A stretch of 52,593 bases of DNA, counting the filler, from Jimgerdemannia flammicorona (Eukaryota): NCBI GenBank assembly GCA_003990765.1. It is 2 parts of 2 records of this genome, joined end to end, with 100 filler letters (N's around TTAATTAATTAA, not from the genome) between each part and the next. Parts side by side here need not be neighbours in the genome. Positions count along the whole stretch, not along the records: positions 26,348 to 52,593 come from RBNJ01000747.1; 1 more part is not named here. One strand, given 5' to 3'. Below, in pieces: positions 51,328 to 52,593 of the stretch. The notes under the pieces are model-generated. The model made no database searches and was not told the origin of the DNA. It worked only from the letters and a program-made list of their open reading frames with translations. A program made the translations under genes and the position numbers. The stretch's first letter is position 1. Every line of letters starts with the position of its first letter.

Positions 51328-52593
51328 ATACTTTTCTCTAGTATTACTTAGGTTATACAAACTTCTGATAATACTTTTGGTACAACTTTTGGAGAAAAGA
51401 TAATAGCAACATAGAGACCAATAATTATTCTGAGGTATATGCTGGGCAGGGAGGCCCTAGTATATTTGACTGGTATATGTGAGATATATAGAGTCATGGC
51501 TTGAAGAGGAGTCTATTAGGCTCTCTTACTGGTGGACATTGAGAGAGAAGCAGTAGTATGAATAGATAAGAGATGGGGAAGATGAGCTTTACTAATAAGA
51601 TCAAGATGAGATATCTGTCAATAGGTCTGGAGGATTAGCTACAGAGAGGTAAGGGCAGCTGGGTCTGGGGGAGTGGCCTCTGGGGGTAGTAGTAGTGGGG
51701 CTGGGGATGGAAGAGAGACTGCTAATCTGAAAAAAAAATCTAGATGTGATGACTAATAGTAGAGCTAGGTAGAGAGGGGGGCATAAGACTAGAGGACCTA
51801 GCTGATAGTATAATGGACTTAGTAGCAGCACTGTTACTCAAGAAATCAGTGTCCAAATTTGCCATCATATTGTACTTCTGGAGCTTAGTAGTTATAGCAA
51901 AAATAGTTTTGGAGCTTCTAGCCTATGAAGTGAAAGGAGTAGCTTCAGTCAAGTTCTTGAAGAGTCTGAAAGAGATTGAGGTGGGTTTTGAGAAAGAGGA
52001 TCTAATGTTGGAGATATTGAAGAAAGGAGTTGTGATAGGGGGAGTAGCAATCCCTATAGCTTAGTACTTATGCTGAGATCTCCAAATAGTATAGCTGATG
52101 GTGACAAATATACCTATAGTAAAGAAGGAGAAGACCAGGGGGCTGATTGTAGATGTTATCAAGGAGTATAACAATATAGTAGATATTAGACTCTAGATCT
52201 GAGAGGGTATAGAGTTCAGGACCAAGGAGAATACTGGGAAAGAAAGGAATTGACTGATAGTACTTAAGTAGAGATTAGTTAAGTACAAGGTCTCCAGAGT
52301 GAAGTAGATGCCAGAGGAGGAGAAGGACTTGCTAGAGGCTTTAGAGAACCTAGCTAGAGCCATTGAGTAGAGAAGGTTGACCTGGAAGGAGTTCAAGGCT
52401 AAGATGATAGTAGAGATTGTAAATAGTAAGAGAGTGTAACTGGATTGGACTGCCTGGGAGAGGGCACAAGAGAGGTAGTATCAGAAAGATTTATTGATAA
52501 ATCTGTAAGCAAGGATAGAGGAGAAGAAGGTCTCTGAAGTAGGTAGATTAAGGGCTAGTACTTGGGCAAAGGAGGAGAGAGTAGTATCAGGAT
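51328..52593 (+). mobile_element. 5' end of another LINE copy (5' UTR + ORF1), runs off window
   Basis: 5' UTR and LLLKKSVSKF...VKFLKSLKEIEVGFEK match LINE copy 1 ORF1. Confidence 0.85.

Overview
Eukaryotic, very probably fungal, repeat-dominated DNA; intron style and TE types suggest an early-diverging lineage, but that is inference. A ~5.3 kb CpG-rich gene island (about 12.0-17.3 kb) holds a 7-exon cytochrome P450 whose heme motif is split by a 7-nt micro-exon. Around it are retroelements carrying massive C>T/G>A hypermutation: three copies of a dUTPase-bearing Ty3/gypsy family (2228-11005, 17346-26016, ~46204-50876), the 5' end of a second, younger gypsy family (26348-29700), a chromovirus relic, four L1/Tx1-like LINE copies, a second LINE family's 3' ends and a MITE. 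The main finding is that the long LTRs (1.5-1.7 kb) of both gypsy families contain a complete gene inside U3. Each has its own TATA box and TGACTCA sites and encodes apparently homologous proteins with acidic C-terminal tails, followed by repeated cis-motifs and then the normal LTR TATA and poly(A) signal. This resembles an LTR-encoded transactivator circuit of complex retroviruses. All coordinates and alignments were read by eye; no searches were run.
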